64,000 nucleotides of DNA from Candidatus Micrarchaeota archaeon (GTDB lineage Archaea > Micrarchaeota > Micrarchaeia > Norongarragalinales > SBBD01). Position 1 is the first letter of the stretch; each line of letters begins with the position of its first letter. Positions 43,877-53,878 of this stretch are shown here, piece by piece. A model generated the notes under the pieces. That model saw only the letters and a list, made by a program, of their open reading frames with translations. It had not been told where the DNA came from and made no database searches. The translations under genes were made by a program, and so were the position numbers. The stretch spans positions 160,001-224,000 of the forward strand of contig JAHJQN010000008.1 in the NCBI GenBank assembly GCA_018819225.1. The letters are read 5' to 3'.

Positions 43877-44848
43877 GTGAAGCGCATGAATGAATTCATT
43901 CCCTGGATTGAAAAATACCGGCCCCGCTCCCTATCGGACGTGCGCGGAAACCCGGCAGCGATTAACCAGCTGAAAGCATTCGTCGCCAACCAAAACCCCC
44001 CGCACTTAATGTTCGCGGGTCCGGCAGGAAGTGGAAAAACGTCGAGCGCCCTCGCGCTGGCTCACGACTTGTTTAAAGATTGGGTTCACCAAGCGCTTCT
44101 CGAACTCAATGCCTCGGACGAACGCGGCATCGACGTCGTGCGCACTAAAATCAAGGACTTCGCGCGCACGCTCCCGTTGGCATCCGTTCCCTTCAAAATC
44201 ATTTTCCTCGATGAAGCGGATGCGTTAACCCAGGATGCGCAACAAGCCCTCCGGCGCACCATGGAAAAGTATTCCTCGAACACGCGCTTCATTCTCTCCT
44301 GCAACTACAGCTCGCGCATCATCGAACCCCTTCAATCGCGCTGTGCCGTATTCCGTTTCAGCCGGTTGACGGACGAAGACCTCAAAATAATGGCGGGCCA
44401 CATCATCCAGGAAGAAAACCTTAAAGTGGATGCCAAGGCGATGGAGGCATTGCTTTACATCGCGGAAGGCGATGCACGCAAGCTCATTAATACGATGCAA
44501 GGCGCCAGCAGCGTATCCGATAAGATCACGTCGGAAGAAATCTACACGATCGCGAGCCGTGCCCGCCCCGAAGAAATCGAGAAAATGGTGAACCTCGCGA
44601 TGAAAGGCGAATTCCTTCCTGCGCGCAAGCTTCTCAACGATGTCTTGTTGAAATACGGGATGAGCGGGGAAGAAGTCATGGTTCAAATCTTTCGCGAAGT
44701 CACGAGCATGAACATTCCCGACAAGGAAAAAGTGCTTCTCGTGGATAAAATCGGGGAATACGATTTCCGGCTCGTGGAAGGCGCCAACGAACGAATTCAG
44801 CTGGAAGCGTTACTGGCGCAGTTCATGCTGCACGGAAAAGGAAAATAA
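43877..44848 (+). CDS. rfcS: Replication factor C small subunit
   Basis: PW.EKYRP, GPAGSGKT, ELNASDERG, DEAD, SRC. No intein. Alternative ATG start at 43886. Confidence 0.97.
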   Translation: MKRMNEFIPWIEKYRPRSLSDVRGNPAAINQLKAFVANQNPPHLMFAGPAGSGKTSSALALAHDLFKDWVHQALLELNASDERGIDVVRTKIKDFARTLPLASVPFKIIFLDEADALTQDAQQALRRTMEKYSSNTRFILSCNYSSRIIEPLQSRCAVFRFSRLTDEDLKIMAGHIIQEENLKVDAKAMEALLYIAEGDARKLINTMQGASSVSDKITSEEIYTIASRARPEEIEKMVNLAMKGEFLPARKLLNDVLLKYGMSGEEVMVQIFREVTSMNIPDKEKVLLVDKIGEYDFRLVEGANERIQLEALLAQFMLHGKGK

Positions 44849-44852
44849 GCGG

Positions 44853-45098
44853 TTACCGTCTCTTGCGACGGTCCAAAGAATCCAGTAGGTCGCGAAGAAA
44901 AGACTCGTTATCGAAAAGCTCCGCCATTTCCTCATCGATCTTCCGAAACGCCGTATCCACATCGTTTTTCAGAAGTTTCAACTGCGATTCCGCGTCCCCT
45001 TTTCCATACGGATGCGCCACATAGTATTTGTTGATCGCGCGCGTCAAGCGATCCTTCAATTTCCGGAGCTTGGGGCGCACGTGTTTCTGGAACGGCAT
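44853..45098 (-). CDS. Hypothetical small basic protein
   Basis: 81-aa ORF filling the gap after rnp2. Confidence 0.55.
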   Translation of the reverse strand: MPFQKHVRPKLRKLKDRLTRAINKYYVAHPYGKGDAESQLKLLKNDVDTAFRKIDEEMAELFDNESFLRDLLDSLDRRKRR

Positions 45099-45134
45099 AC
45101 CATGCGAAGCAAGCGCTGCGAGGAATAAAAGCGT

Positions 45135-45488
45135 TTAGGTTCCGCGAAGCCTTTTCAACATTCTTGGAGGCCGGGCATCCGGAAACAACGGCTTCGATTT
45201 TCTCAGCGTCCCGAAAATCTTCTTTAAATGCAGTGCGATATCGCGTTTTCGGAAAAAGCGCTTAAGCGTAAAGGCCGCGATCACCGACTCCGTCGAATCA
45301 AGGGCCGTTTGCACCAACATCTGCTGCGTGGTCGCATTAAATGCCTTCACGCGCGCGCCGGATTCCGCTAACCCTTTCGTTCCCAACCCCTCGAGAACCG
45401 ACTCCTTAACCAGATCCGAGGCGTCCCGCTCGGAAAGATTTTCAAAAAAACGAATACCGTATAACAAATAGCGACGTTTCGACTTCAT
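45135..45488 (-). CDS. rnp2: Ribonuclease P protein Pop5/Rpp14
   Basis: K.KRRYL, LG..G.A and GTLRK. Start at MKSKRRY. Confidence 0.8.
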   Translation of the reverse strand: MKSKRRYLLYGIRFFENLSERDASDLVKESVLEGLGTKGLAESGARVKAFNATTQQMLVQTALDSTESVIAAFTLKRFFRKRDIALHLKKIFGTLRKSKPLFPDARPPRMLKRLRGT

Positions 45489-45489
45489 G

Positions 45490-46932
45490 TTACTCCGCCA
45501 TAATGTTTCGCACAATCCACTCTTCATTAAAGGGCTTCAAATCGTCGTACGATTGCCCGACCCCCACAAAAAGAATGGGAAGCTGGCACTCAAACGAAAT
45601 ACTTAGACTGCCCCCTCCCTTCGCGTCACAGTCCAGTTTGGTCAGAATAATGCCGTCCACGCCCAATTTCTCATGAAATTTTTTCAATTGCTGCACCATC
45701 GAGGTGCCGGCAATGGCCTCGGCCACAAATACTTTCAAGTCCGGTTGGGATATGCGCACGATCTTCTCCATCTCCGCCAGCAGATTGCGGTTGGTTTCCT
45801 GCCGCCCAGCCGTATCAATCAGCACGACATCGATTCCCGTTGATTTCGCGTGAGCAATCGCGTCAAATGCCACCGCCGCCGGGTCCGCTCCATACCGGTG
45901 ACGAATCACTTTCACGCCCAGCTTCTTTCCATGATATTCCGCTTGCTCGATGGCCGCCGCCCGAAAGGTGTCGCTCGCGGAGATTACGGAAGTAAAACCG
46001 GATTGTCTCAACTGATAAGCGATTTTCGCGATCGTCGTCGTTTTACCCGCTCCATTCGGTCCTAAAAAGAGAACCACGTACGGCGTCCTATTTTGTTTTT
46101 TTGCCTCGGAAATGCGTTCGACAAAATCGGTTTTGTGCGCATGCATCACCGAAGATAACGCGAAGGCAATTTCTTTTTTTACTTCTTCCTCGACGTTTCC
46201 GCGTGCCACCCGTTTTCCAACCAAACGCTTTCGCAAGTCCGCCACGAGGGCCTGCGCCGTATCCATGGACACATCGCTCTCCAACAACGCCATTTCCAAA
46301 TCCTCGAATAACGGCTCCGTTTCCTTTTCCGAAATCGTGATCCCTCCGGTGATAACCCCCTTCAATTGCGTCAACAAGCCGACTCGAGGCTTCAATTCGC
46401 GTTCCTTCTCGTCCACGAGAAACGATTCCTTCTTCTTGTCTTGGAACACGTGTTTCGAAACGTCCTCGCGACGCTTGTGCTCCACGATCTTCTTCTCAAT
46501 GCGCTGTTGCTCCTTCTTGATGGAGCCTTCCACGGTTCCTCCGACGAGCTCCTCGATTTCTTCCTCGTCTTTTTCGAGTTGTTCGGAAAGCGGTTGCGAT
46601 GTTGAACCCGTCATTTCCAACGTTTCAACCGCCTGTTGAGTGATTTCACGCCGCTCTTCCTTTTCGACGGCTTCTTTCAGCTCCTCAACGTGAACCGCAT
46701 GTTGAATCTCCTCCACTTCCGGAACCGGTTCGGGAAGGGGCGTTTCACTCGTTGGTTTCTCTTGTGAAATCGATGGGGGGGGGTTTAGCGGCTCTTGAAA
46801 CACGTCGCGCGATGCCACCTCACGCACAACGTTTGCCGCAGATCCTTCTTCAATTTTCTCTTCCGACGCCTGGGATTGTCCGACGACTTGACCGACAAAC
46901 GTCTTAATCTTCTTCTTCAGGAAATCGAACAT
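45490..46932 (-). CDS. ftsY: Signal recognition particle receptor FtsY
   Basis: Acidic N-region, GPNGAGKTT, DTFRAAA, DTAGR, TKLD..AKGG. Confidence 0.97.
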   Translation of the reverse strand: MFDFLKKKIKTFVGQVVGQSQASEEKIEEGSAANVVREVASRDVFQEPLNPPPSISQEKPTSETPLPEPVPEVEEIQHAVHVEELKEAVEKEERREITQQAVETLEMTGSTSQPLSEQLEKDEEEIEELVGGTVEGSIKKEQQRIEKKIVEHKRREDVSKHVFQDKKKESFLVDEKERELKPRVGLLTQLKGVITGGITISEKETEPLFEDLEMALLESDVSMDTAQALVADLRKRLVGKRVARGNVEEEVKKEIAFALSSVMHAHKTDFVERISEAKKQNRTPYVVLFLGPNGAGKTTTIAKIAYQLRQSGFTSVISASDTFRAAAIEQAEYHGKKLGVKVIRHRYGADPAAVAFDAIAHAKSTGIDVVLIDTAGRQETNRNLLAEMEKIVRISQPDLKVFVAEAIAGTSMVQQLKKFHEKLGVDGIILTKLDCDAKGGGSLSISFECQLPILFVGVGQSYDDLKPFNEEWIVRNIMAE

Positions 46933-46943
46933 GGATTAACGCA

Positions 46944-47354
46944 TCACTGTTTCAAGTTAGCCGCCAGCGCACGACCCCGCATTTCCAGCTCGGAGAGCGT
47001 GGCAATCACCCCCTGCATGTCATTCTGGATGCGCTGGCTCGCCTCATCCAACTTGTTCTTTCGTTCCGCCAGAAGCGGCAACGCTTCCTCGCGCGTCTTT
47101 TCCACGATGACTCCTGCACCCACGTTCATAAGCACGCGTTCGCCATCCTCGACTTTAATGCGGGCATGCACTCCCGAACCCAGAGGCAGCAACGAAGAGG
47201 ACGCGCCGTCCTGCAAATGGGTGACTGCTTCTTCCGTACGCTGCACTTCCATGAGGGCATTCGCCAACATTTCGGCCTGCTGTTGCATCTCATTCAATCG
47301 CGCTTGATGGGTCTGCAAATCCAAATAGATTTGTTTCAATTCGTCTTCGGACAT
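46944..47354 (-). CDS. pfdA: Prefoldin subunit alpha
   Basis: L.PLG.G, V.V.VGAG..VEK, flanking coiled coils; conserved position before ftsY. Confidence 0.92.
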   Translation of the reverse strand: MSEDELKQIYLDLQTHQARLNEMQQQAEMLANALMEVQRTEEAVTHLQDGASSSLLPLGSGVHARIKVEDGERVLMNVGAGVIVEKTREEALPLLAERKNKLDEASQRIQNDMQGVIATLSELEMRGRALAANLKQ

Positions 47355-47430
47355 ATGGAATCACCACGAAAAAAGAAGCGTAACTATGGATTGCGAGAAC
47401 CCATTTTAATAAACATTGGTTTTTTCGGTT

Positions 47431-48087
47431 TCAGGCGAATAACGCCTCGTAAACCCGCTGGACTTCAAAACCCGACGTCAAGCTGCCCACCAATGCTCCC
47501 TTCGCATTCGCGACCACGCCCAAGGAAATAAACGGACTGCCCAAATTCGCGGTCCCGATTCCGGCAGGAACTTGAAAGAACCGTTCCAGCAGCTTCAATT
47601 CCTCCTCGGAGCTGTCGTTGTACGCCAGGATCCCGCGGTTCGTCACCACATGAATCGATCCCACGGTCGGCATGGGCGAGACTTGCTGTGAAAACACTTC
47701 TACATTTAATGCATCGGCAATCGTCTTCTGATCTTCTTTCGGAAGTCGCGGATTCACCAATGCCGACTTATTGTTAACGAGCACGTTATTTCCGGGACAA
47801 AAACGTTCCGTGATCGTACATACGTTCCACCCCGCCTGTTTCAATCGCTTCTTCTCTTCAGGCTCCGCGAACGAGGGCAGAACGCATCCCGTATCATTCA
47901 AACTCGCGAATATGCCGAGAATGCTGGCTTGGTCCACGTACAACTCAAGCGTCTTCGTTCCCAGAACGCGTTCGACTTGCCGAACCAGTTTTTCAGGCGC
48001 GTTCTTCGGAACCAGCGTCAACGTATCACACGAGCGCAAAAATAGTCCAATGAACGGATTCTTGTAAAAAGAGCCTTTCTCAATCAC
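47431..48087 (-). CDS. eif6: Translation initiation factor 6 (aIF6)
   Basis: NP.IGLF, GN..LVN, VTN.G.L, GTAN.GS, T.G.E. Confidence 0.93.
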   Translation of the reverse strand: MIEKGSFYKNPFIGLFLRSCDTLTLVPKNAPEKLVRQVERVLGTKTLELYVDQASILGIFASLNDTGCVLPSFAEPEEKKRLKQAGWNVCTITERFCPGNNVLVNNKSALVNPRLPKEDQKTIADALNVEVFSQQVSPMPTVGSIHVVTNRGILAYNDSSEEELKLLERFFQVPAGIGTANLGSPFISLGVVANAKGALVGSLTSGFEVQRVYEALFA

Positions 48088-48104
48088 GCAAGACCGCCTC
48101 GAAT

Positions 48105-48563
48105 TCAGGCGGACTGCTCTGCGAGCACGACGCCTTCCTTGTCCTTAGTAGCGAGAATCTTGACTTTCTTCAACGGGCGTCCGCTTCCCCGAGCGCGGAT
48201 TAAGTTGTTCAATGCCACGGCCACATGCACGTTCGGGCGATCGGCCTTCATGTGCCGAGACAAAAAATCTTTGAGCATTCGAATGGCCACGTTCGCGCGT
48301 TTCATTTGCGGCTTGGAATACGCGTCTTTCAACGACACCGTGTAAATGCGCTCGAGAACCACTTCCCGCTTCTTTTCAGGCGGCTTGGCGTCCTTCTTTT
48401 CCTCTTTCTTCTCCGGTTTTTTGGCTTCCTTCCCATCCGTCTTTTTAGCGATTTCGGCGGATGGCGCGGCCGCGGGCTTGACCGCCTCTTCCTTTTCTTC
48501 GAACGCCTTCTTCTCCTGAAGCTCTATAAACTTCTCTTGTTTGGCACTCATTTCCTGCGGCAT
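48105..48563 (-). CDS. rpl31e: 50S ribosomal protein L31e with K/E-rich N-terminal extension
   Basis: ERIYTV.L, RA..AI...K.F..RHMK, LN..I..RG. Confidence 0.9.
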   Translation of the reverse strand: MPQEMSAKQEKFIELQEKKAFEEKEEAVKPAAAPSAEIAKKTDGKEAKKPEKKEEKKDAKPPEKKREVVLERIYTVSLKDAYSKPQMKRANVAIRMLKDFLSRHMKADRPNVHVAVALNNLIRARGSGRPLKKVKILATKDKEGVVLAEQSA

Positions 48564-48565
48564 GA

Positions 48566-48730
48566 TTAGTCATCCTTCAACTTCAATTTTTTCGACAGCC
48601 AGTTACGCTGCAAACGGTTGAAACGCAATCGACGCTTGGTTTTCGCGACAACGAATAAAGGCATTCGCCGGTTTCTTCGCTGCGCCAACGCCAGTTGCTG
48701 TTTTCGCCGAGCCGTCTTGTTGGTTGCCAT
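48566..48730 (-). CDS. rpl39e: 50S ribosomal protein L39e (54 aa)
   Basis: Below the track cut-off. MATNKTARRKQQLALAQRRNRRMPLFVVAKTKRRLRFNRLQRNWLSKKLKLKDD, directly upstream of L31e. Confidence 0.92.
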   Translation of the reverse strand: MATNKTARRKQQLALAQRRNRRMPLFVVAKTKRRLRFNRLQRNWLSKKLKLKDD

Positions 48731-48736
48731 GAATCA

Positions 48737-49330
48737 TTACGCCTCGAATTCTTCGGGAGTCAGCGTAAACTCCTCGTCAGAAGCAATCTTCCCTTTCGCT
48801 TTCAAGAGTTCGCGCGTGAAAAGCCATAACAACAACGCAATCGCTTTACGTCCTTTGTTGTTCGTCGGAATAATCAAGTCCAAATATTTCGTCAAGTTGT
48901 TCGTATCGCACAAGGCGATGGCCGGCACATTAATCTCATACGCTTCTTTCACGGATTGCCGGTCCGATGCAGGGTCCACGACTAATACGATGGAGGGTTC
49001 AACAAAATCTTCGCGTGCCGGATTCGTGAACCGTCCCGGCGTGAAGCGTCCGATGAGAGGTTGAAAACCGACTTGCTCGCACATCTTGGTAATCGGTTTG
49101 CGCGCGTTATCCTTGTTGCTGATCACGTACACCTTGTCTTCAGGGTACTTCATCAACAAGTTGACGGCATGACGTAGGCGGGCATCCATTTTCTTTAGAT
49201 CCAGCACATGCAAACCGTCTTCCCGCGCTTTGTAAATAAACTGGCGCATGCTCCCCGATTTATTCCGCGTTCCAATGTGCACTCCGGCTCCCAGATACTT
49301 TTCCTGGGGAACCAGCATCTCAAAGACCAT
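48737..49330 (-). CDS. rps2: 30S ribosomal protein S2
   Basis: YL.AGVHIG, GRF.PG.FTNP, D..IPTNNKG. Confidence 0.97.
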   Translation of the reverse strand: MVFEMLVPQEKYLGAGVHIGTRNKSGSMRQFIYKAREDGLHVLDLKKMDARLRHAVNLLMKYPEDKVYVISNKDNARKPITKMCEQVGFQPLIGRFTPGRFTNPAREDFVEPSIVLVVDPASDRQSVKEAYEINVPAIALCDTNNLTKYLDLIIPTNNKGRKAIALLLWLFTRELLKAKGKIASDEEFTLTPEEFEA

Positions 49331-49467
49331 ACGGCCACCGTTTAAGCTTAAAGCGTCTAAGCCCTAAGAATGAGGAGCATCAGACCCTAGTTAGAACTCC
49401 TTTTTAAAACCTTAGGAGAATATAGAGAATTACATTTAAAAAGCTCTGGTTGAGGAGGGGAACACCC

Positions 49468-50001
49468 ATGGAGCAAGCCGAAGCCCAAGTGGAAGCGCCC
49501 GAAACGCCGACACCGACTGCCACCGATTTACCAAAAAAACGGGTGCTGGAAGCCGCGTTATTTCTCGCGAACCGACCCATGCGCTTGGATGAATTATGCG
49601 CCGTAAGTCAGTGTACTCCCGATGAAGCCGAAGGACTGGTGGCGGAATTATCGGAAGAATTCGAACAACACGGCAGCGCACTGAAAATTACTAAAATGGA
49701 GGATCCCCAGCGTCTCGTCGGCACCGAGTTTCGCATGGAACTCCGGGAGGAATACGTGCCCGCCGTCTCCACGCTCTCCGAAAACGTGGAACTGCCGAAA
49801 AAAGCGGTTCGCATTCTAGGCTTGATTGCCAAGAAAAAGAAGATGCTGCAAAGCGAGTTGAAATATTATTTCAAGGGGGATGTGTACGATTACGTGGACG
49901 AGTTAGTGCGGCAAGGATTCATCACGTCCAAGAAGTTCAAGACCACGAAGGAACTCAAACCCACGCCCAAGTTCTTCGAACACTTCCAGAGCTTCCAGTG
50001 A
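49468..50001 (+). CDS. scpB: SMC-Scp complex subunit ScpB
   Basis: LEAALF, L...A...L..IA, T.KF...F. ATG at 49468 after a GAGGAGG SD. Confidence 0.88.
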   Translation: MEQAEAQVEAPETPTPTATDLPKKRVLEAALFLANRPMRLDELCAVSQCTPDEAEGLVAELSEEFEQHGSALKITKMEDPQRLVGTEFRMELREEYVPAVSTLSENVELPKKAVRILGLIAKKKKMLQSELKYYFKGDVYDYVDELVRQGFITSKKFKTTKELKPTPKFFEHFQSFQ

Positions 50002-50388
50002 GGGACGTGCCTAAGAACCAACCGATGCGTCTCAACGAGAAGGAGAGCAACTCGGTCGGCTGATTCGAACGCATGGATGGGACTATATTCACCATGGATT
50101 TAACGTTCCTAAAGTGAGCGGAACGTTCGAAACACCGGAGATCGCGATACGAGTCTTTATGGATACCTAACCCCGTCACTCCGAAGCCGCTCGGCCAAAA
50201 AAACTCATCGAAAAAAATGGAACGCGTGCTGCGAAACGTGAAATGGAGAAACGGAAACCATCCGATCCAAATTCACATGCCGATTGAAAAGGAAATAGTT
50301 TTGAAGGCAACCACCCGCGAATCGGATGCGACTTGCCGCCGTGAAAAAATGGCATCCGCGCAAAGAAAATAGGTTCGAAAAAACGGAT

Positions 50389-51249
50389 TCAGATCTCGAT
50401 GCCCGAAGCCTGCAAGATCTGCAAATCCTCTAACGAAATCTTTCGACCGGCCCTGAACTCGTCGTAAATCTTTCGCGCCTGTTCATCCAACGTCAGCTTC
50501 TGCTCCGATTCCTGTTTCCGGCGAGTGGCTTCCGCGGTCCGACGACTCTCCTGAGTCTCCTCATCCAGTTCTTGCTTGGTGCTGCGAAGCTTCGCGAAAA
50601 CTTCATCCGCCTCCTTGCTCTTCTCACCAATAATCGATAAGTAATCCGTTATTTGCGCTTTGACTTCATCGGATTTCGCGTAAATCGAAAGCATTTTCTT
50701 ATGCATTTCGTCGCTTTCCTTGCGCGCCAAATCCAAGGTTTTATCCAAGGCCCGGAACTCCAGACTTAAATCATGACGTTCCTTGCGCAGCGTGCGAAGA
50801 TCCTGATACAAGGGATCCCTCTTTTGAACCTTCTTCAATTCTTTCAAGAGCCGGTTGATTTCTTGAGAGAGGGCTTTCTCATCCCTCGGACTCAACGACT
50901 CGGTTTGAAGCTGCCACTCGAGTTGCTGAATCGTGCGTCTCAATTGGGAAGCGCTGTAACGGCTTTCTTGGGGGAGCGCCTGCAATTGCGCTTCCTTTTC
51001 CTTTAACCGCCTATCCACATCGCGTGAAATCGCGACGAGCTGGCGGCGTTTATCCACCTGATCTTTAACTTGCCCGTTGAGCACGTCGCGCTGGTGCTTG
51101 GTTTCGTTTGCTCTCGCCATGAGTTCACGGAACCGCACGATGTTCTGCTGGTTCGTATCCGCGAGTTTCCGGACTTCCTGATTCATTTGTGTGCCTTCCT
51201 GACGCAGATCCAAGGCCTGTTTTTGCAAGTCAGTCATAAGCCCATCCAA
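50389..51249 (-). CDS. Archaeal long coiled-coil protein (COG1340-like)
   Basis: RD.LN..VK, I..LEW..QT..LS...EK.L, A..IY..F..G.KI...DL..LQ. Confidence 0.8.
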   Translation of the reverse strand: MDGLMTDLQKQALDLRQEGTQMNQEVRKLADTNQQNIVRFRELMARANETKHQRDVLNGQVKDQVDKRRQLVAISRDVDRRLKEKEAQLQALPQESRYSASQLRRTIQQLEWQLQTESLSPRDEKALSQEINRLLKELKKVQKRDPLYQDLRTLRKERHDLSLEFRALDKTLDLARKESDEMHKKMLSIYAKSDEVKAQITDYLSIIGEKSKEADEVFAKLRSTKQELDEETQESRRTAEATRRKQESEQKLTLDEQARKIYDEFRAGRKISLEDLQILQASGIEI

Positions 51250-51261
51250 TTAATAAGACAT

Positions 51262-51699
51262 TTAAAGAGTCGAAGATGCCGAAGGCGTTTCCAGCTCGAT
51301 CTCCGTGATGATTTCGTCCAATTCCGCCCGCTGTTTCTCAAGCACTTTTTTAATGCGGTGAACCCGTTTCTGGCTCAACGCGATCTCGCGATATTTACGC
51401 GATGCTTTGTTGAAATGTTCAATCGAAAGCGTATTGTACGGTTCGGCATCCATCGTCTTCGATATGTCCCTGAGAATCTCGCCCATCAACTTGTTCGCCG
51501 TAATCTTGACGTCCTTCTTGATCTGATGAGGATTTTTTAAATTTTCTCGAATGATTTTAACGACGCGCGCGTTCGGAAATGCCAGATGCAACGCCTCCTC
51601 TTCCGCCTCATCCACGTCTTCTTCTACCACGTTTTCAGCAGGCGGCGTTTCGTCTGAAACCTGCTCTTCAGAAACAGTAGGTTGTTCGGTTTCCACCAT
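51262..51699 (-). CDS. Histone-fold protein with acidic N-terminal tail and C-terminal coiled coil
   Basis: LAFPNARVVKIIRE (alpha1), I..DVK...N...EIL.DI (alpha2), T(L)..EH...A (L2/alpha3), then an amphipathic helix. Confidence 0.75.
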   Translation of the reverse strand: MVETEQPTVSEEQVSDETPPAENVVEEDVDEAEEEALHLAFPNARVVKIIRENLKNPHQIKKDVKITANKLMGEILRDISKTMDAEPYNTLSIEHFNKASRKYREIALSQKRVHRIKKVLEKQRAELDEIITEIELETPSASSTL

Positions 51700-51787
51700 A
51701 AGATCACCTAGAAGATAAGAATAATCAGGTGGAAGAATAGCTGTGTTTAAGTTTAAAAGCCTAGTCCCGGCCGGAAGAACCAGAAGG

Positions 51788-53056
51788 CTAGGCCACGATC
51801 CGCGCGATCACCCGCATTTTTCCGGATAATACTCCATGCGCATATTCCCGTTTTTTCTCGAACGCCGCTTGTTTCAACCACTCGAACACATTCCCCTGAA
51901 ACATCGCGCCCTTGATGCCTTCCGTCGGTTCCCCGTTTCGAATCCGGAAGGCCACCAGCAAAGGAAATGCGAAATCCCCGGTAACCGTATTCGCGCCACT
52001 GGTCAAGAACGAGTTCACGTAGACTCCATCGCGTACATCGTCTAGGGCATTGGATAGATGCCCCCCTTCCACCGTCATATGAGTCCACGAGGGCTTCGGA
52101 GCCGCTTCAAAAGACGATCGATAACCATTCCCCGCCGTTTCCCCGATTTTAGCCGCCGTCGCCCCGTCAAACAAAAACGATTGCACGCGCCCCTTTCTCA
52201 CCAGCGTTTTCCGTTTGGCCATCACGCCCTCATCATCATACACGCACGCATTCTCACCTTCCTTCAGCCGGGGGTCATCCACCAACGAAATGGACTCGCT
52301 AAACGCGCCATCTCCTTTCTTCCAATGACTCAGCCCCTTTCGAAACGATTCGCCGCTGAAATGAAACGGAAGAAACAACGAAAAAAGGGATTCGAGGGCC
52401 CGCACATCGAATACGAACGGCAAGGTTCCGCCCCTCATTTTTTTTGCCCCCGACATGCGCTCCGCGTGCGAAGCCGCGTTCGCGGCAACCCGATCCGTGG
52501 AAAAAGACAAGCGACTCGAAGAAAAACTGTCATCGGCTTCACTGCCCGCCTGACTGCAATGCGAAAACGCGTAGAACCGTGAAAATTTCTGTTGAATGGA
52601 AAGCCCGTCCGTATTCCACAAGGACTGTTGAATAACGCGGGTACCGAACGCGGTTTGAATGGGCGTGGCATGCATCGCGATCACGCGATCCCGCATGGAT
52701 TCCACGCGTTGCATGTAATCCGCCTCGGACAACTGATTAACCCGCGCATCAAAAAACGCCTGCGACCGCGCGCGCGCCTTTCCCGCAAAATAGTAATCAG
52801 CGGGTTCTTGTTTCTCCGCCAGCCTGGAAGCCATTCGAACCGCGTCCTCCACATCCGACTCGCGTTCAAATGCCGCAAACCCCATGCGTCGACCCTTCAA
52901 AACTCGCACACCGTAACCCCGACTTCTCACATGCTCGCGATTCTCGACCGCGGTTCCATTCGCGGTGAACGCGGTGTGTTGACTCGATTCCTCGAAGACC
53001 TCCAACGAAGCCCTCATTTTTTTGGCTAATTTCACAAGCCATGATTCGGAAATCAT
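51788..53056 (-). CDS. pmbA: TldD/PmbA-family protein (PmbA/TldE type, no HExxH)
   Basis: GYGVRV..G.R.GFA, L.DDP, D.EG, N.VTGDF. Start placed at MISESW. Confidence 0.85.
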   Translation of the reverse strand: MISESWLVKLAKKMRASLEVFEESSQHTAFTANGTAVENREHVRSRGYGVRVLKGRRMGFAAFERESDVEDAVRMASRLAEKQEPADYYFAGKARARSQAFFDARVNQLSEADYMQRVESMRDRVIAMHATPIQTAFGTRVIQQSLWNTDGLSIQQKFSRFYAFSHCSQAGSEADDSFSSSRLSFSTDRVAANAASHAERMSGAKKMRGGTLPFVFDVRALESLFSLFLPFHFSGESFRKGLSHWKKGDGAFSESISLVDDPRLKEGENACVYDDEGVMAKRKTLVRKGRVQSFLFDGATAAKIGETAGNGYRSSFEAAPKPSWTHMTVEGGHLSNALDDVRDGVYVNSFLTSGANTVTGDFAFPLLVAFRIRNGEPTEGIKGAMFQGNVFEWLKQAAFEKKREYAHGVLSGKMRVIARIVA

Positions 53057-53128
53057 AAGAGTCGCCGGCAGCATATCAGCCCACTGCTTTTAAATCGTTC
53101 CGGACCCAAAAAGGAGTTTGCAATACTC

Positions 53129-53878
53129 ATGAGCTTTCTAGAAGTCAAAAATGTTTCGAAAACCTTTGAAGAAGAAGGTCGGAAGTATACCGTACTCGGT
53201 AACATCTCGTTCAGCGTGGAAAAAGACGAGTTTATCGCCATCGTCGGCCCATCCGGATGCGGTAAAAGTATTTTGCTGCGCATCCTTTCCGGTATCGACC
53301 TCCCATCCTCGGGACAAGTCTTGTTCGAAAACGAGCCCATTGAAACCAGCAATCCGCGTGTCGCCACCATTTTCCAGAACTTTGCCTTGCTGCCCTGGAT
53401 GACCGTCGAAGAAAACGTGGAACTCGGATTATACGCGCAAAAAATGCCTTCGGATAAACGCAAGATCACGGTTGAAAAATTCATTAACATCGTGGGATTG
53501 GACGGCGTTGAAAACGCGTATCCCCGCGAGCTTTCCGGAGGAATGAAACAGCGGGTCGGTATTGCGCGGGCACTGGCCGTTGATCCCGCGCTCATCGTGA
53601 TGGACGAACCCTTCAGCAGCCTGGACAGTTTGACGGCCACCAACTTGCGTGAAGAATTATTGCTGCTCTTGCAAGACCAATCCCTTCCACCGGACTCACT
53701 CGTCATGGTCACGCACAACATCGAGGAAGCCGTTTACATGGCGGATCGCATTATCGTATTGTCCAATCCGCCGGCACGTATCATTGCCCAACTGAAAATC
53801 TCGCTTCCCCGACCCCGCGACATGAAAAGCGAGGCCTTCGTAAACGACGTGGACAAAGTCTATTCATTGATGACGTGA
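53129..53878 (+). CDS. ABC transporter ATP-binding protein, NitT/TauT family
   Basis: GPSGCGKS, FQ..AL.PW.TV..NV, YPRELSGGMKQR, DEPFS.LD, VTH.IEEA. Confidence 0.93.
   Translation: MSFLEVKNVSKTFEEEGRKYTVLGNISFSVEKDEFIAIVGPSGCGKSILLRILSGIDLPSSGQVLFENEPIETSNPRVATIFQNFALLPWMTVEENVELGLYAQKMPSDKRKITVEKFINIVGLDGVENAYPRELSGGMKQRVGIARALAVDPALIVMDEPFSSLDSLTATNLREELLLLLQDQSLPPDSLVMVTHNIEEAVYMADRIIVLSNPPARIIAQLKISLPRPRDMKSEAFVNDVDKVYSLMT

Noticed and set aside
45490-48563. Charged low-complexity N-terminal extensions on FtsY and L31e
   Set aside because: These are common in the families and in archaea, so they are not novel on their own.
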